This document shows positions 1-12,740 of a stretch of DNA of 64,000 nt, piece by piece. Made by a program: the position numbers and the translations under genes. Under the pieces are notes generated by a model. The model saw nothing but the letters and a program-made list of their open reading frames with translations, had not been told where the DNA came from and searched no databases. Source of the DNA: Octopus sinensis (Eukaryota); assembly GCF_006345805.1 (NCBI RefSeq), contig NC_042997.1, forward strand, positions 147,188,001 through 147,252,000. The letters are read 5' to 3'. The stretch's first letter is position 1. Every line of letters starts with the position of its first letter.

Positions 1-62
<62 letters not shown>

Positions 63-149
63 ATATATGTATATGTATAAATATATATATTATGTACTTG
101 TTGGCTATGGTCGGTCAAAAAGGGACAATTCATTTCACATCTATTATTG

Positions 150-420
150 CTTTTGGCAATATAGACAACTTACATGGCCCGCTTCGGAGGCACATACTAA
201 TGGAGTTGACTACAATCTTTGCATGTGCGCTGATGGAGAATGCTCTGAATCGAAATTCTTCGAAGCGAAAACCCTTTCTGGGAGAGACCGAGCTATCTCC
301 ATTTAAACGGCTCCAGTTGTGTCTGTAAAGGTCAGTTTATGTATGTTTCCCGTGCGGTAGTTAGCAAACGCGGAAGCCCAAATTTCGAACATGAATTGTA
401 TATCATGAGGGTACCGACTA
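150..420 (+). mobile_element. Possible highly decayed Helitron/PIF1-type helicase fragment
   Basis: Frame-shifted peptides ALMENAL, ELSPFKRLQ and GQFMYVSR loosely recall PIF1 C-terminal motifs (PFxFKRxQFP, GQxYVAxSR); weak and degenerate. Confidence 0.25.
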
Positions 421-779
421 AACACATCACTTTTTGAATTTAAGAAGGCTCACGGATCAAGCGAATTCTTTAGGATCCTATTACTTGGTCAAGCGTCAGC
501 GATGATGAAATTCTCCTGTTGGATCATACCGAACAAGTTTATTTCTATATGGAACCAAAGTATCATCTGAAGATGGTATTGAAAAGATTACATATCACTG
601 CTTAGCGCTCCCTCCTTAAAAAGATTACATCATATTGGAAGAAGAGGCACACACGACATAACACATTCATGGGGTGAAACAAATGGAAGTTCGATTCACT
701 TTTCTAATTCGGGTAGGATTTGAAAGGAAATGAAATTAACAGTGTCTTAATACGCTGAAATAAGGGTTTTATATATATT

Positions 780-992
780 GATTTCAAATTTCGGCACAAT
801 ACCAGCAATTTAGTAGGAAAGAGTAAGTCGGTTATATCGAATCTAGTGCTCAACTAGTACTTATTTTATCGACCACGAAATAATGGAAAGCAAAGCCAGC
901 CTTGACGGAATTTGGACTCAGAACGTGTAGACGGAGAAAATGCCGTTAAGGACTTTCTCCGGCGTGCCAATGATTCTGCTAGCTCGCTGCTT
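780..992 (-). mobile_element. tRNA-derived SINE family 1, tail type C
   Basis: Reverse complement of the family consensus GGCGAGCTGGCAGAATCGTTAGC...GAGTTCAAATTCCGCCGAGGTCGACTTTGCCTTTCATCC seen >25 times in the window. Further copies at ~4135-4320, 6585-6715, 34040-34252 (-) and 7320-7452, 13780-13935, 33660-33800, 62120-62330 (+). Confidence 0.85.
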
Positions 993-1039
993 AAAGGCAT
1001 TGATATTATAAGGAATCGTAAGTAATGGTTCATCCTAGT

Positions 1040-1372
1040 TTCTTTTACCTTTTACTTGCTCCACTCATTGGACTGCTGCCTTGCTGGGGTAACACCTTGA
1101 AGGGTTTAGTCGAAGAAATCGATTCCAGTACTCAAGTCTAGTACTTATTCTATCGGTCTCTCACTAAGTTACGGGGACGTAAACAAACCAAAGTTAGTTT
1201 TCAACCGTGAGAACATAAACACAAACACACACACACACACATGTAATGGGCTTCTACACAGTTTCCATCCACTATATTCACTCACAAGGAATTGGCTTTG
1301 GGACTATAGAAGATAAGCTCAAGGTGCCCAGCACCGAAACTGAACCCGAAACCACGTGGTTGAAAGCCGGGG
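1040..1372 (-). mobile_element. tRNA-derived SINE family 3 (CORE-like, internal (CA/TG)n)
   Basis: Shares GGTTCAGT B-box-like head, CTACTATAG...GGAAACTG body and GACTGAAACAAGTAAAAG-type 3' end with copies at ~9945-10040, 15950-16340, 16370-16530, 43725-43885, 45725-45980, 47630-47780, 54780-55040, 57830-57990. Confidence 0.7.
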
Positions 1373-1552
1373 TACTTCTGATCATAGAGTAGCTTGAGCA
1401 AGGTTGAATTGAAGCTAAACAACTGGTATAGTAGCTTTAACTGACCAAAGATATCCGGTCTGGTCGAGGATCAAAAATATACATACAGCTACAGTCAAAT
1501 GTTTGAAACCAGTTAAAGAATGCATACATGTATGTGTCTATGAATCTCTCTT

Positions 1553-1590
<38 letters not shown>

Positions 1591-1618
1591 GCACATTAAA
1601 ATGTGCACTTGAAAACTA

Positions 1619-1943
1619 TAAAAAAAATGATAAACGTCGCTCTTTTCAAGCCTAACCAGGTTCATGGGCCCGGTTTCCCGGTTTCTGTGGTGTATCTGTC
1701 CCCCCCCCCAGCTGGATGGGACGCCAGTCCATTGCAGTGTTACTCAAGAAACAGAAAGACAGAGTGAGAGAAAGTTGTGGTGAAAGAATATAACAGGGGC
1801 CACCATCACCCCCTGCCGGAGGCTCGTGGGGCTTTTAGGTGTTTTCGCTCAATAAATACACACAACACCCGGTCTGGGAATCGAAACTGCGATCTTCTGA
1901 CCGCAAGTCCGCTGCCCTAACCACTGGGCCATTGTGCCTCCAT
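1619..1943 (-). mobile_element. tRNA-derived SINE with 12-bp target-site duplication
   Basis: Minus-strand head TGGAGGCACAATGGCCCAGTGGTTAGGG (A box) and GTTTCGATTCC (B box); TSD ACTTGAAAACTA at 1607-1618 and 1944-1955; related 3' part at ~53700-53900. Confidence 0.85.
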
Positions 1944-2082
1944 ACTTGAAAACTACAGTGAATTAAAATAACGATATGTATAACATTTATAATGTACAAG
2001 CATAAAACGGTAATGTTCTCCTAAGAGACATCGTATGTTAGAAAAACAAGGAACAAATTTTACTTAGATTGATGTCGCCAAA

Positions 2083-2127
2083 TCGTCAGACCGATGTTTC
2101 TATCTGATTTAACCTCTTCAGTGACGA
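2083..2127 (-). ncRNA. Minimal type I hammerhead ribozyme-like motif (degenerate stem II)
   Basis: Minus strand: UCGUCA-CUGAAGA-(14 nt)-GAAA-CAUCGG-UC-UGACGA; 6-bp stem I, GUC cleavage triplet. Confidence 0.55.
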
Positions 2128-2431
2128 ATATTCTGAGCTAAGTCGGAACGTTCGTTCCAATCTAGAAATCAGTAAACGAAATATTTGCTAATTTGTAAGG
2201 CAGCTCGCTAAAATTGAATCAATATTAAATCAATATACTCACTAGAAACAGAACTGGATTAATTAGGATGTGTTACATTTATAATGCATATACAAAGAGA
2301 GGGTTAGCTCTGAGAAGATTCTCGGAGACTAGCGCTGTTTTACGTTTCTATATACATCAAAAATACATATCGTACACACACACACACACACACAAACACA
2401 GAGTGGACCAAACGTCACACACCAAAACATT

Positions 2432-2645
2432 TGGTGGAGAGCTGGCAGAATCGTTAGCACGCTGTGCAAAAATACTTTGCGACAATTCTTCCGTCTTTAC
2501 GTTCTGAGTTCAAATTCCACCAAGGTCGACTTTTGCTTTCATCCCTTCGAGGTTGAAAAAATCAAGTACGAGTTGAGCGCTGGGGTCGATGTAATTGACT
2601 TGTCCCTCTCCAACAATTTTAGGCCTTTCGCCCATAATAGAAAGT
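2432..2645 (+). mobile_element. SINE family 1, tail type B, followed by (ATT)n to ~2740
   Basis: Matches family consensus; ends CCCATAATAGAAAG then ~30 ATT/ATC units. Confidence 0.85.
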
Positions 2646-2661
2646 ATTATTATCATCATCA

Positions 2662-2729
<68 letters not shown>

Positions 2730-2871
2730 AATAATAATTTTGTTAATCATGTACTAGTACGTGGAATTCATCATTATTTTATTTATTTTATTCAACTTCA
2801 GAAAAATTGAAGCATGTCTGATAATTCAAGAGCATTCTGAACTTATTTTGTGTATGACTTTTGGACTACCC

Positions 2872-2873
<2 letters not shown>

Positions 2874-2938
<65 letters not shown>

Positions 2939-2953
2939 ACGCACACACACACA
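2874..2953. repeat. (CA)n microsatellite
   Basis: Direct inspection. Confidence 0.97.
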
Positions 2954-4974
2954 TTGGGGATGCAGATATGCAGATAAATATACAAACAGCACAACATGTG
3001 CATACATGGAAGCATAAAGACAAATAAATCATCGACTGGAAATGGAGACTTGCAGACATGTTGTTTCATCCTATCTGCCTATATAAGTTATGAGAATTGT
3101 TTGGGACAGGTCTGTCTCTTACTAGATTTCCCCGCAACGGACACAGAAAGGTTTCATGATAAACTGAACAACTTTCACCTTACTTAAGCTGTTTCTACCA
3201 CAGATTGACGTTGTATTTAAATATATTGTTTCATATATTTCGCCTCAATTTTTTCCCCCTTTTAAAACATTCTGTTCTATAGAGCTTAACATATTGATTC
3301 TTTTATTTTAAACTGTCTTTTTATTTAGTTTATACTTTATTAGTTTTCCATGTCTACTAAATCATCTATTATTGCAAAGATATGTACATAGCTGTTAGCT
3401 TTAACCTTTAACAAACATTGATACATATGTCTTGAAAACATACTTTTATACACATATATACACATGCATAGACAAATCTGTCTATCTCTCTTCCTCTCTC
3501 TACACACACATATACGCTAACATAAGTTCATACGGATATACTTACATATGCATACATGCATTCATAAATTCATACATATGTGGTAACTATATGAAAACAT
3601 ATGATAACACGAATTGGACAATCAATACACTTTGGTATACTGCTGCTTATAACTCAGAAAGAAAACCTACGAGATACCTGCATTGCATGTGTTAATGCAA
3701 TAACTCAACGTAAACAACTGCGATGGTAAACAAAGATCGAAGAAAACATCAACAGATTTAGATACGATCATAAAAGATGAGGTGCATACTAACTTCATAG
3801 CGCACTAAAAACAACCAGTGAAAAACTGACAAAACTGTACAGAGATTCTACACCCCAGCTGCATTATTCTGTTACTCTTATTATTTTATCTGTTTTAGCC
3901 TGCGTGCCGTGACCATGCTGGAGCACCGCCATTAAATATTGAAACGCCTCGGCGAGGAATCGAACCCCTGTCTCTCTCCTACTACCGAGGATCGGTTTTA
4001 TAGAGAAATGAATAACTTCAAAGTAGGAACTAGTAAAGAATAATAAATTCCACTGAAATAAACAGTTAAGATGATTCTATTTATCCCTGTCTTCTCTTTG
4101 ATAAATCAAATTAACTGTGAAAAGTAATATTCCTGAAATTTAGCGGGGAGGGGTAAGTCGATGACATCGACCCCAGAGCTATACTGGTACTTATTTCATC
4201 GACCCCAGAAAGGATAAAAGGTAACATTGACCTCGATAGAATTTGAACTTAGAACGTAAAGACGGACGAAATATCGTTAAGCATTTTGCCCGACGTGCTA
4301 ACGATTCTGCCAACTCACTGCATTATATTCGGAATGTCAAGGTTCGGTTTCAGCATATAATGCTCAGAAAGGATAAATGTTAACCATTTAGCATTTAAAC
4401 CAGCTATATCCAGCGAAAATACTCTACATGCTTTATGTTGAAACTCGTTTCACCCAACCTCCAAAAAGTGAATATTTGAGTCATATTGAAAAATAATGAA
4501 TATTAAAGGCATACAGAGAAACTATATGCGTGTATATAGTGTGTGTAGCGTAGATAGAAATGTATATATACACTGGTAGAAATGTTCTGAACTGTCGTTG
4601 GTAACTGCTGATTATGGAAGTGCTGAGTATCAGAGCTGCTGGTAAAAGGGGATATGACGTGCTCACAGTAGTCCTGATGTGAGTACAGCAGTAGCTCTGC
4701 CGGCTAAAGACATGATCGCTGAGCTGTTCACTGTTATGTATGGTCGTGTCTGGACCGAGAGTAAAAGCTGTATGTGATTTTTACAAATTCATAATTCTTC
4801 TACTGTAATTTTTACAAATTCACAATTTTTCCATTGCCACGACGACTGTCAGAATCACTATGATTACATTGTGTAACACGACTTTTGTCCTTGGATAGCA
4901 ACTGTTATTTCCTAATTTGCAACCTCTAGAAAGTTTGTAAAATGACTAATATTTTCTTTTAAACTTTGCTTTTA

Positions 4975-5135
4975 TTTCATTTATTCAATCTCCAAACATG
5001 CCCTCTCAGTTCATGGCTATGATGCTCTCCTGCTACTTCTGCTCATGATCAGAGATATTGTCAGCCACCACAGGACATGCTCAGGCAACTGACAAGCAAA
5101 TCCGTGGTATTGAGCAGAATATTTGCTATAACGAT
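4975..5135 (+). repeat. Fragment of the interspersed repeat at 52257-52806
   Basis: CAACTGACAAGCAAATC(C/T)GTGGTATTGAG(C/A)AGAATATTTGCT and upstream sequence shared with ~52530-52705. Confidence 0.8.
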
Positions 5136-6333
5136 ATTTCTGATTCAGCAACACAGCGCTGGATCTGTCTGAAATGTAATGGAAAATAGGTAAGTTTCAT
5201 TGATGTCTAGGTCGCAAAAACAATATTTGAAGAAAATAGTAGTCATTTCCATTGATTTCTAGATAAAAGCAAATAGTAAGTAACTCTTACGGACCAAAGA
5301 TAAAATAAATAAATAAATAAATAAGTAAAAATTTTCTTACTGTGTTATTTGTACGTTTGCTGTATCGGCCGGTACACTGCGACCTGGTAGTATGTTTGTT
5401 GATTGTTTCAACAGGTTAAACCAGACAACCAATGCAAATAATGCCAGTAAGTGAGGTCCTCCTTGATATATCTTCTTAACAGAGACGACCGTTAATTTTA
5501 GACACTGGTTGGTTAGAAAAGTGATAAGAGCTCAGCTTTTGAAACCAGTTTCTCTAAGGAGATGAACGAGATAGCGCACAAGTTGATTGGTTCGAAAAGT
5601 AGGGATATGCTGTTGCTGCTTCAAGCTGGTGTCAGCGATTGGTCTAGATAGTGATGACGTAGGTTAATTTCGGCGTTAGTCTGTCTCAGTATAGACTCAG
5701 TCTGTAAATGTGATCAAGTTGTAAATGTGTGGATTTACGTTCACTTCACCGGCACGTCACGAATATAACAATATGACAGATCTGCTACAAACTAAAGACG
5801 TTGACGAAAATCCTTTTATCAAGGAATTCTACCTAATTGAGTAAGCATTTATCACAACTTTGCCTCTGAACCTCAGACGATGAGAAAACAAACAAAAGAC
5901 AATAACAATCCAAATTTGTCTCTCAAAAGAGCACCAAAACAAGGATTTCGATTAGAATGTATCATAAGGTACAATCAAGAAAAAAATACAGTATTAAGCA
6001 CCAAGAGTAAAACTTACATTATCAACTCTAAAACTTACACCTAAGCTGTAGGAAATCTGCACTGAGGTAAGGCGGATTACCTCAGGCTTAATGAATGAAT
6101 GCTGTTACAAGACGTTCTAAAGGAAGCCCCTTGCATGTATTTACAATAAATATGAAAAAGCCTTGAGACTCTTGGACTTATAAGGTCGGATACCCGGTTT
6201 CCATGGCGTGTAACTGACTGAGATCATAATCATAACATACACACTGAATGAAACGACGGTTCGTAGCAGAGTTCAAGACTAGCAATTTTGAAGGGAGAGA
6301 ACAAATCGATTACATAAAGCCCAGTGGTTGAAT

Positions 6334-6560
6334 GTGGAGGCACATGGCTTAGCGGTTAGGGTGTTGGACTCATGATCGTAAGATTGTTGTTTCGATTCCT
6401 GGACAGGGCGACGCGTTGTGTTCTTGAGTAAAACACTTCATTCCACGTTGCTACAGTCCACTCAGCTGGTATAAATGAGTAATCCAGTGCCCCGTCCAAG
6501 GAGGAATATATGCTCCACGGAAACCAAGAAACCGGCACTATAAGTCTAAATAACTTAAAG
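6334..6560 (+). mobile_element. tRNA-derived CORE-like SINE family 2, nested in a family-1 SINE
   Basis: A box TGGCTTAGCGG, B box GTTTCGATTCC, CORE-like GTGTTCTTGAGTAAAACACTTCA...ATAAATGAGTA; splits a minus-strand family-1 copy (~6270-6330 and 6585-6715). Other copies at ~10290-10520, 10780-10980, 48780-48945 (-), 49760-49955, 63368-63625 (+). Confidence 0.8.
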
Positions 6561-7671
6561 GATCTTAAAAATAACAATACTTAACTGATACTTTGTTTGA
6601 TCGAACCCCAAAGGGAGTAAAGACAAAGTTGACCTTAGTGGTATTTGAACGTGAAATATAGAGCCGGAAGAAATATCGCTAAGTATTTTGTTCGATGTGC
6701 TAACGATTCTGCCATCTATCAATACCTTGCATATTACTTATTTTATCTTTTTCAGCTAGATGATAGGCAAAGTCTGTTCCGGTGGAATTCGAATTCAGAA
6801 CAATGAAAGACAAAACTAAATATATTTAATTTAGCGTTTAACGCAACTTATACAGCTTAAAATAACTATATGTCAACTGAAGTACAACAACAATAACAAC
6901 GACAAAATCGTAATTTTCAAATCATCAAAATCACACACAAAAAAGAAGTAATCAAAAAAGAAAATCAACAAAACGTGTTGATTTTTTTTTTCACCACATT
7001 TGTCAGAACTAAAAAAAACTTAAAGGAATATTTTTGTTCCAATTATTTCACCTCGATGAATCCATTGTGGTAGAAACAGAAGGTGTTGTCTGACGAGAGT
7101 GATTACGTAAGAAAAAAATAAAGATTCAATTGAAGACAAGAAGGGAAGCAAAGCGCAGAAATAATTTGAATTACCAGTCTTTAGTAAAGGAGTATATTTA
7201 CACGATGGAACACGCGCACACTGGTACAAATAATATATAAATATATATACACAAAGAGAAATAACTCTCCTGCACAAATACCCACATACATACACGCATA
7301 CATATATTTATGGATGCATAAGAACTGGCAGATTCGTTAAAGGGTCGGTTTTTGTTCCGTGCTCAGGATTCAAATACCGCCGAGATCAACTTTGATCCTC
7401 ATACTTACGTGGTCGATAAATAAAGTACGAGATATGTACTTGGGGTCAATTCTTCTCTCTCTCACTCTCCCTCTCTCTCTTTCTTTTTCCTTCTCTATTT
7501 CTGTCTCTAGGTTTTAGAAGAAATCACCTGTGCAAGTATGACGACAAGAAGTTATCAGCAAAAACACCAACACAACGTTTTTAAATAAGTGTACGAATGT
7601 TTATTGAGGAAATTGCATACTAGCAAAGATATTCAGCGATACCCGGTTTTGTATCAGAATATCCTGAAAAA

Positions 7672-9665
7672 GGATGTGATTTGAGGGGTAATTGACTGCT
7701 ATATTTACCATGTCAACCTAAATCTTAGAAGTTTTAATTTCTTGATTCAGATATACATATGGATAAATATTGATTAGACAGTAGAAGAAAATTCGGTTGC
7801 TATTTCTACCATTTTGAGATACGATGAGAAATCTCCCACGCTGGGGGAGATAGGGAATTATTCTTTACAGTTTAGTCAAAATAGGCAAGGCAGCGTCTAG
7901 TAACTTTTTATTTCTTTGCAGGTCTTCTGAATCTCAAGAGATGAAGGAATTTATTCTCAAGCCGAAGACCTCCCCAAGTGAACATCAATAAAGAAATCCA
8001 AGGACCATGTGTTACACAGATCGACTGTTTGGATTTTACTAACCAACGATACAGAATCCATTTAGTTCGACTCTTTAACAATTCGGCCAAGTCACATCTC
8101 TCGATGTGTGTTTCATTTTATCAATCTTGAAAGGATACAGAACAAAGATGACCTTAGTTCGATTAGAACCTACGGCCCAGACAGCTAGAACAAATTTCAC
8201 ATTGGAGTTTTAACCAACACTTTTGATGTATACATAATACATAAAACAATATAGTAGTGTTTGAAGGAAATTTCGTTGCTATGCCTATCAGGTCGTGATG
8301 TCATGCCGAGAAATCATGTCGAGACTCCGTCGCTGTTTTACACATTCATGAATAATGCAGAATGCAATTTGAACGTGACTGGACCCCTATTTCTTGTGTG
8401 TCATACTACCACATACATGTTTCTATTGTTGGAGCATATATAATACGTTAGTACTATCCGAGAGAAATATAGTTTCTAGCAAGCACACAGAAGTCTGCCT
8501 CCTTGACTAACAAATGTACAAACATGCACACTTATAAAAGTGTGGAGCATGGTGTGAGGGAGATCATGCATAAGGCATTAAGGTGTAGTTTCATTGAATT
8601 TTACTGATATTTCAAACAGCTATTGCTCCTCTGTAGAGGCCTCCTTCGTTGGCTCAAACAAACATGTGTTCATTCATAAGACAGAATATGTGATTTGAGT
8701 GAGATTTAGCAGATATTTCAGTAAGTTCGAAATACATTGTAGACACACCGTTGCATTGTTCGCTCATGTATATAAGCCTATGTTATCGCAATACAGCAGT
8801 ATCGCAACGGCATTAGGGTGCCTTTAGTAAATTAGAAGAGGTGCATCAAGAGAATATATAAAATAAACTTATAAATATATAAATGTGTGTATGTATGCAT
8901 GCAAGATGGTAGAGTGCTAATTAAGAGAAAATTGGCTGCTATTTCTAGCAGGCCAGTGAATACACAAAGGCACCTTGTTGGCTATTTTATATACATTAAG
9001 GTGTGATTTGAAGGTGATTTGGCTCGTAACAGATTATGCTCCCTCAATTAAGTCTCTTTGCTTCGTTCAAACATATCTACATACGTATATTCAACACTCG
9101 AAAAACACTATAACAGAATTTTAGATACACTAATACAATAATATATACTGGAAGTATGCTGCAACAGAAAAATAAACTATTATACGTTTTTATATAGATG
9201 TTATTGTCTAAACCAGAGTATTGATGTGAAATACAATTACAGATATGTAATTAAAGACACTATGAGGTGAAAAACACAATGCGTTCCGTCCATCACTTTT
9301 CAAAAAACCGCCACCAGCATCATCATTCTTCTCACCTATTTTTATATGAATATTTCTCTCTCTTCATGAGCGTCAATTCTTAATCTCTCTCTCTCTCTCT
9401 CGAGCGACAGAGGAGAAAAAGAGAGAAAAGAAAGATAAAAAGTGAATGAAGAAGAAAAAGAGTCTGACGTCATATAAATGTACCACCGCAATCATCATTA
9501 TTATTCTCCCTCTCCGTTGTCTATGTTACTCTCTTCATGTGTGCCCTTCATTCTCTATTACACTCTATTTCACTACTATACAGTGAAAAAGAGAGATTGC
9601 CACTGCTACCTTAGTTCAACTGTCTTGATAGAGGTTTGAGGGAGAGCTGTCTGCTATTTCTCGAC
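7672..9665 (+). repeat. Cluster of ~10 same-orientation degenerate ~70-bp repeats
   Basis: Approximate consensus GTGATTTGAGGGAGATTTGGCTGCTATTTCTAGCAGG...TAGAGGC.CC.TCGTTGG at ~7672, 7778, 8255, 8360, 8455, 8581, 8686, 8910, 8998, 9630. Confidence 0.7.
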
Positions 9666-10526
9666 TAAATTTAGTTAATATTAGGTTGAGGAAAAAGTTC
9701 GTGCGCCGTGTTAAAATAATGGTTTTTATATATTTTTGTTGTGTGTGTGAGTTCATTTAGCTCAGGTCATGTTCAATGGTGACTCACGGTGCACAAACTT
9801 TTTCCCCAATCTAGTATGATAACTGTAATTACTACATTTGAGGTATATATTTTGTACATTATATAGACATGCAAAGATATATACCATCATGCATGTATAT
9901 ATATATATGAGTAATTGTAGATAACTATATAATCTATACCAATGCGCAGCACCTTAGGCAAGTGTTCCCTACTATAGCTCCTGGCCTACCTAAGCCTTGT
10001 GAATTTAGTTGATGGAAACTGAAAATAAGTCAATAGTGTGTGTTATAATGTGCTTGAAACAAAGTAATGTAAATGATAAAAATATGTGAGTATATGTGCA
10101 TCAACACACACATGCACACACATACACACATATATTGTCATATATGTGTATATTGTCATATATATGTATATGTGCAAGGTGGGGAGTGTGCACAAAGAAC
10201 CAGCCGTCATGAACGAAAAAGCATTGCTTGATAACATGTACTATACTTCCGCTAATGTTTTAGGTGTCTGTGTAGTTACGAGCAGACATAAGGACCATCT
10301 TTGTTCTTCCATCATTTGACCCAATGGCACATTCAGGATGTGACAGCTTGCAGGACAGAAAGCTACATCAGAACTAGTTTGGTACTCATTTTCAGTTGAG
10401 TAAGGTGAGGCAATGTAGAATTAAGTACCTTACTCAAGGACACAAGTCTAAGAATGGAAACCACGAGATTATAATCGCAAGTTGAACACCCTAATTATTA
10501 GGGCATGTTTCTTCACAAATGTGCGC

Positions 10527-10634
<108 letters not shown>

Positions 10635-11215
10635 TAAATATGTGTGTGTGTGGGTGTGTGTGTAAATCTGTAGCCATCACTCGCAAACGATTATAACCTG
10701 GTAGAATCTAACATCCTTTCTTAATTGATTTTGGTGCCTATCTAGTCGTGGCAAGACATAGAAACCAACTCTGTCTTCCTAGCCACGGACACATGAAAAA
10801 CGTTGAATATGTGATAAGATGGTTGCGACACCACTCGGCGAGTACTCATTCTCAGTTGAGTGGATCAACGTGAAATTAAGTATCTTACTCAAGAACACAA
10901 TACACTGCCTGGTCCAGGATTCGAAGACATGACCGTATAATCGAGAGCTCCATACCCTAACTACTAAACCACACGTCATAAGAAAGAATAAAAACGTTGC
11001 TTGACCTTATTAAAAAATTAGGTTGTTGAGACTTCACTGGAAACTTCGAAATACGAAATATTTATTCTTTCATTCAGAAGACCAGTATTCTATTGATTTG
11101 GTTAGTGGCAATATGTATTGTTTCTATTCGAAAAATATCCATTATAAGGTTTGAAGTGTATCTTACCTTTATTCTTCTTTTATAGTTTGTAGGTCACTGA
11201 TAATAGGAAAATATG

Positions 11216-11217
<2 letters not shown>

Positions 11218-11291
<74 letters not shown>

Positions 11292-11360
11292 CAGAGAGAA
11301 AGAGAGAGAGAGAGAAAGAAAGAGAGAGAGTGAGGGAGAGAGAGAGAGAGCGAGAGAGAA
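11218..11360. repeat. (GA)n microsatellite followed by purine-rich low-complexity DNA to ~11730
   Basis: Direct inspection. Confidence 0.95.
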
Positions 11361-12069
11361 GAATCACGATGTGTCAATGATGATGATTATGATATCGACA
11401 GCAACTAAACGAAGATGACAATGTTATTAATGATGTTAATGCTGTTGGTGATGATAATGTCGTGGCTAAGACGAAGTAGTCAGTTATAACAGTAGTAGCA
11501 GTAGTAGTAGTAATAGTAGAAAAAATAGAAGAAGAAGGAGACGTAGAAATAGCAGAACGGAAAGGAGAAAACGAAGAACACGAAAAGAGAAAGAAAGTAT
11601 AAAAAAAGAAAAGGAAATAAAGAATGTAGAGAAGAAAAAAGAGAGAAATAAAGCTGGAGAAGAGAAAGAAATAAGACATAAGAAGAAAAATAAAAATATA
11701 AAAGGATAGAAAAAGAAGGCAAATAAAACGCAATTACGTTGTCAGTCCAAATGACTGACTGTTATCCATGAAACTAAATAAAAACAATACAGAGATTATA
11801 AATGAGAAAAGTTTGAAATGAGTATATTTAGAACAAACGACAGCCTCTCTTTGCTGCACAGTTTAATAACAATCTTGATAGGACTGGGCCATAAATTGTT
11901 ATGTAAAACATCAGAGTCTACTTGAGCAATCTTGGTTGAGATTAGTTTGATAGTGTGATATCAGAAACTCTTCCTGTAATAAGTCTTTCTCACTAGTGAA
12001 GGAGACGACTAATAAATCAGTGGATTTCTACTCAACACGTCCCACATCGTCTACGTATAGAAATAATTA

Positions 12070-12247
12070 TGTATATATGTATATGGATACTGTACGCATA
12101 TTCTTTTATACATAAATATATATACATAAATATATGCATATGCCTACATACTTTACACGCTCACATACATATACACATATATGTATATGTGTATATATGG
12201 GCGTGTACGTGTCTGTATAATATAAATATACATAAATCTGTATTAAT

Positions 12248-12313
<66 letters not shown>

Positions 12314-12447
12314 AAAATAATTACTTATATCATACACATAATATATATGCATATAAATATAAATATATACATATAAATTTAAAGTATATGTAAGTATATA
12401 CATTTGTAATATATATGCTTATATGTGTTTATGTATTTACGAAACAT

Positions 12448-12494
<47 letters not shown>

Positions 12495-12608
12495 TATATG
12501 CATATATATATATACACAAATATCCATATATATATACACAAACATATATGTATAATATATGATATATGCGTGTGCATATGTGTGTACATGTTTGTGTGTA
12601 TATATATA

Positions 12609-12646
<38 letters not shown>

Positions 12647-12740
12647 TATATATACATGTATATATATATATATATGTATGTATATATATATACATATATA
12701 TATATATACGCACACACATTCATATTTATATGCATATATA
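12070..12740. repeat. Compound (TA)n/(CA)n microsatellite tract
   Basis: Direct inspection. Similar tracts at 1-90, 10530-10660, 15530-15850, 22590-22775, 32120-32600, 42670-42955, 46640-47100, 49960-50365. Confidence 0.95.

Noticed and set aside
1870-1943. tRNA-like sequences (also ~6338-6410, ~3945-3970 and SINE heads)
   Set aside because: A/B boxes are present but there is no complete cloverleaf, and most run directly into SINE bodies; SINE heads or fragments, not tRNA genes
5515-5556. Hammerhead-like GTGATAA-GAGCTCAGCTTTT-GAAACCAGTT
   Set aside because: Two core positions are wrong and stem I is unconvincing
7672-9665. CRISPR interpretation of the repeat-spacer cluster
   Set aside because: Eukaryotic context, long and highly degenerate repeats, irregular spacers, no cas genes
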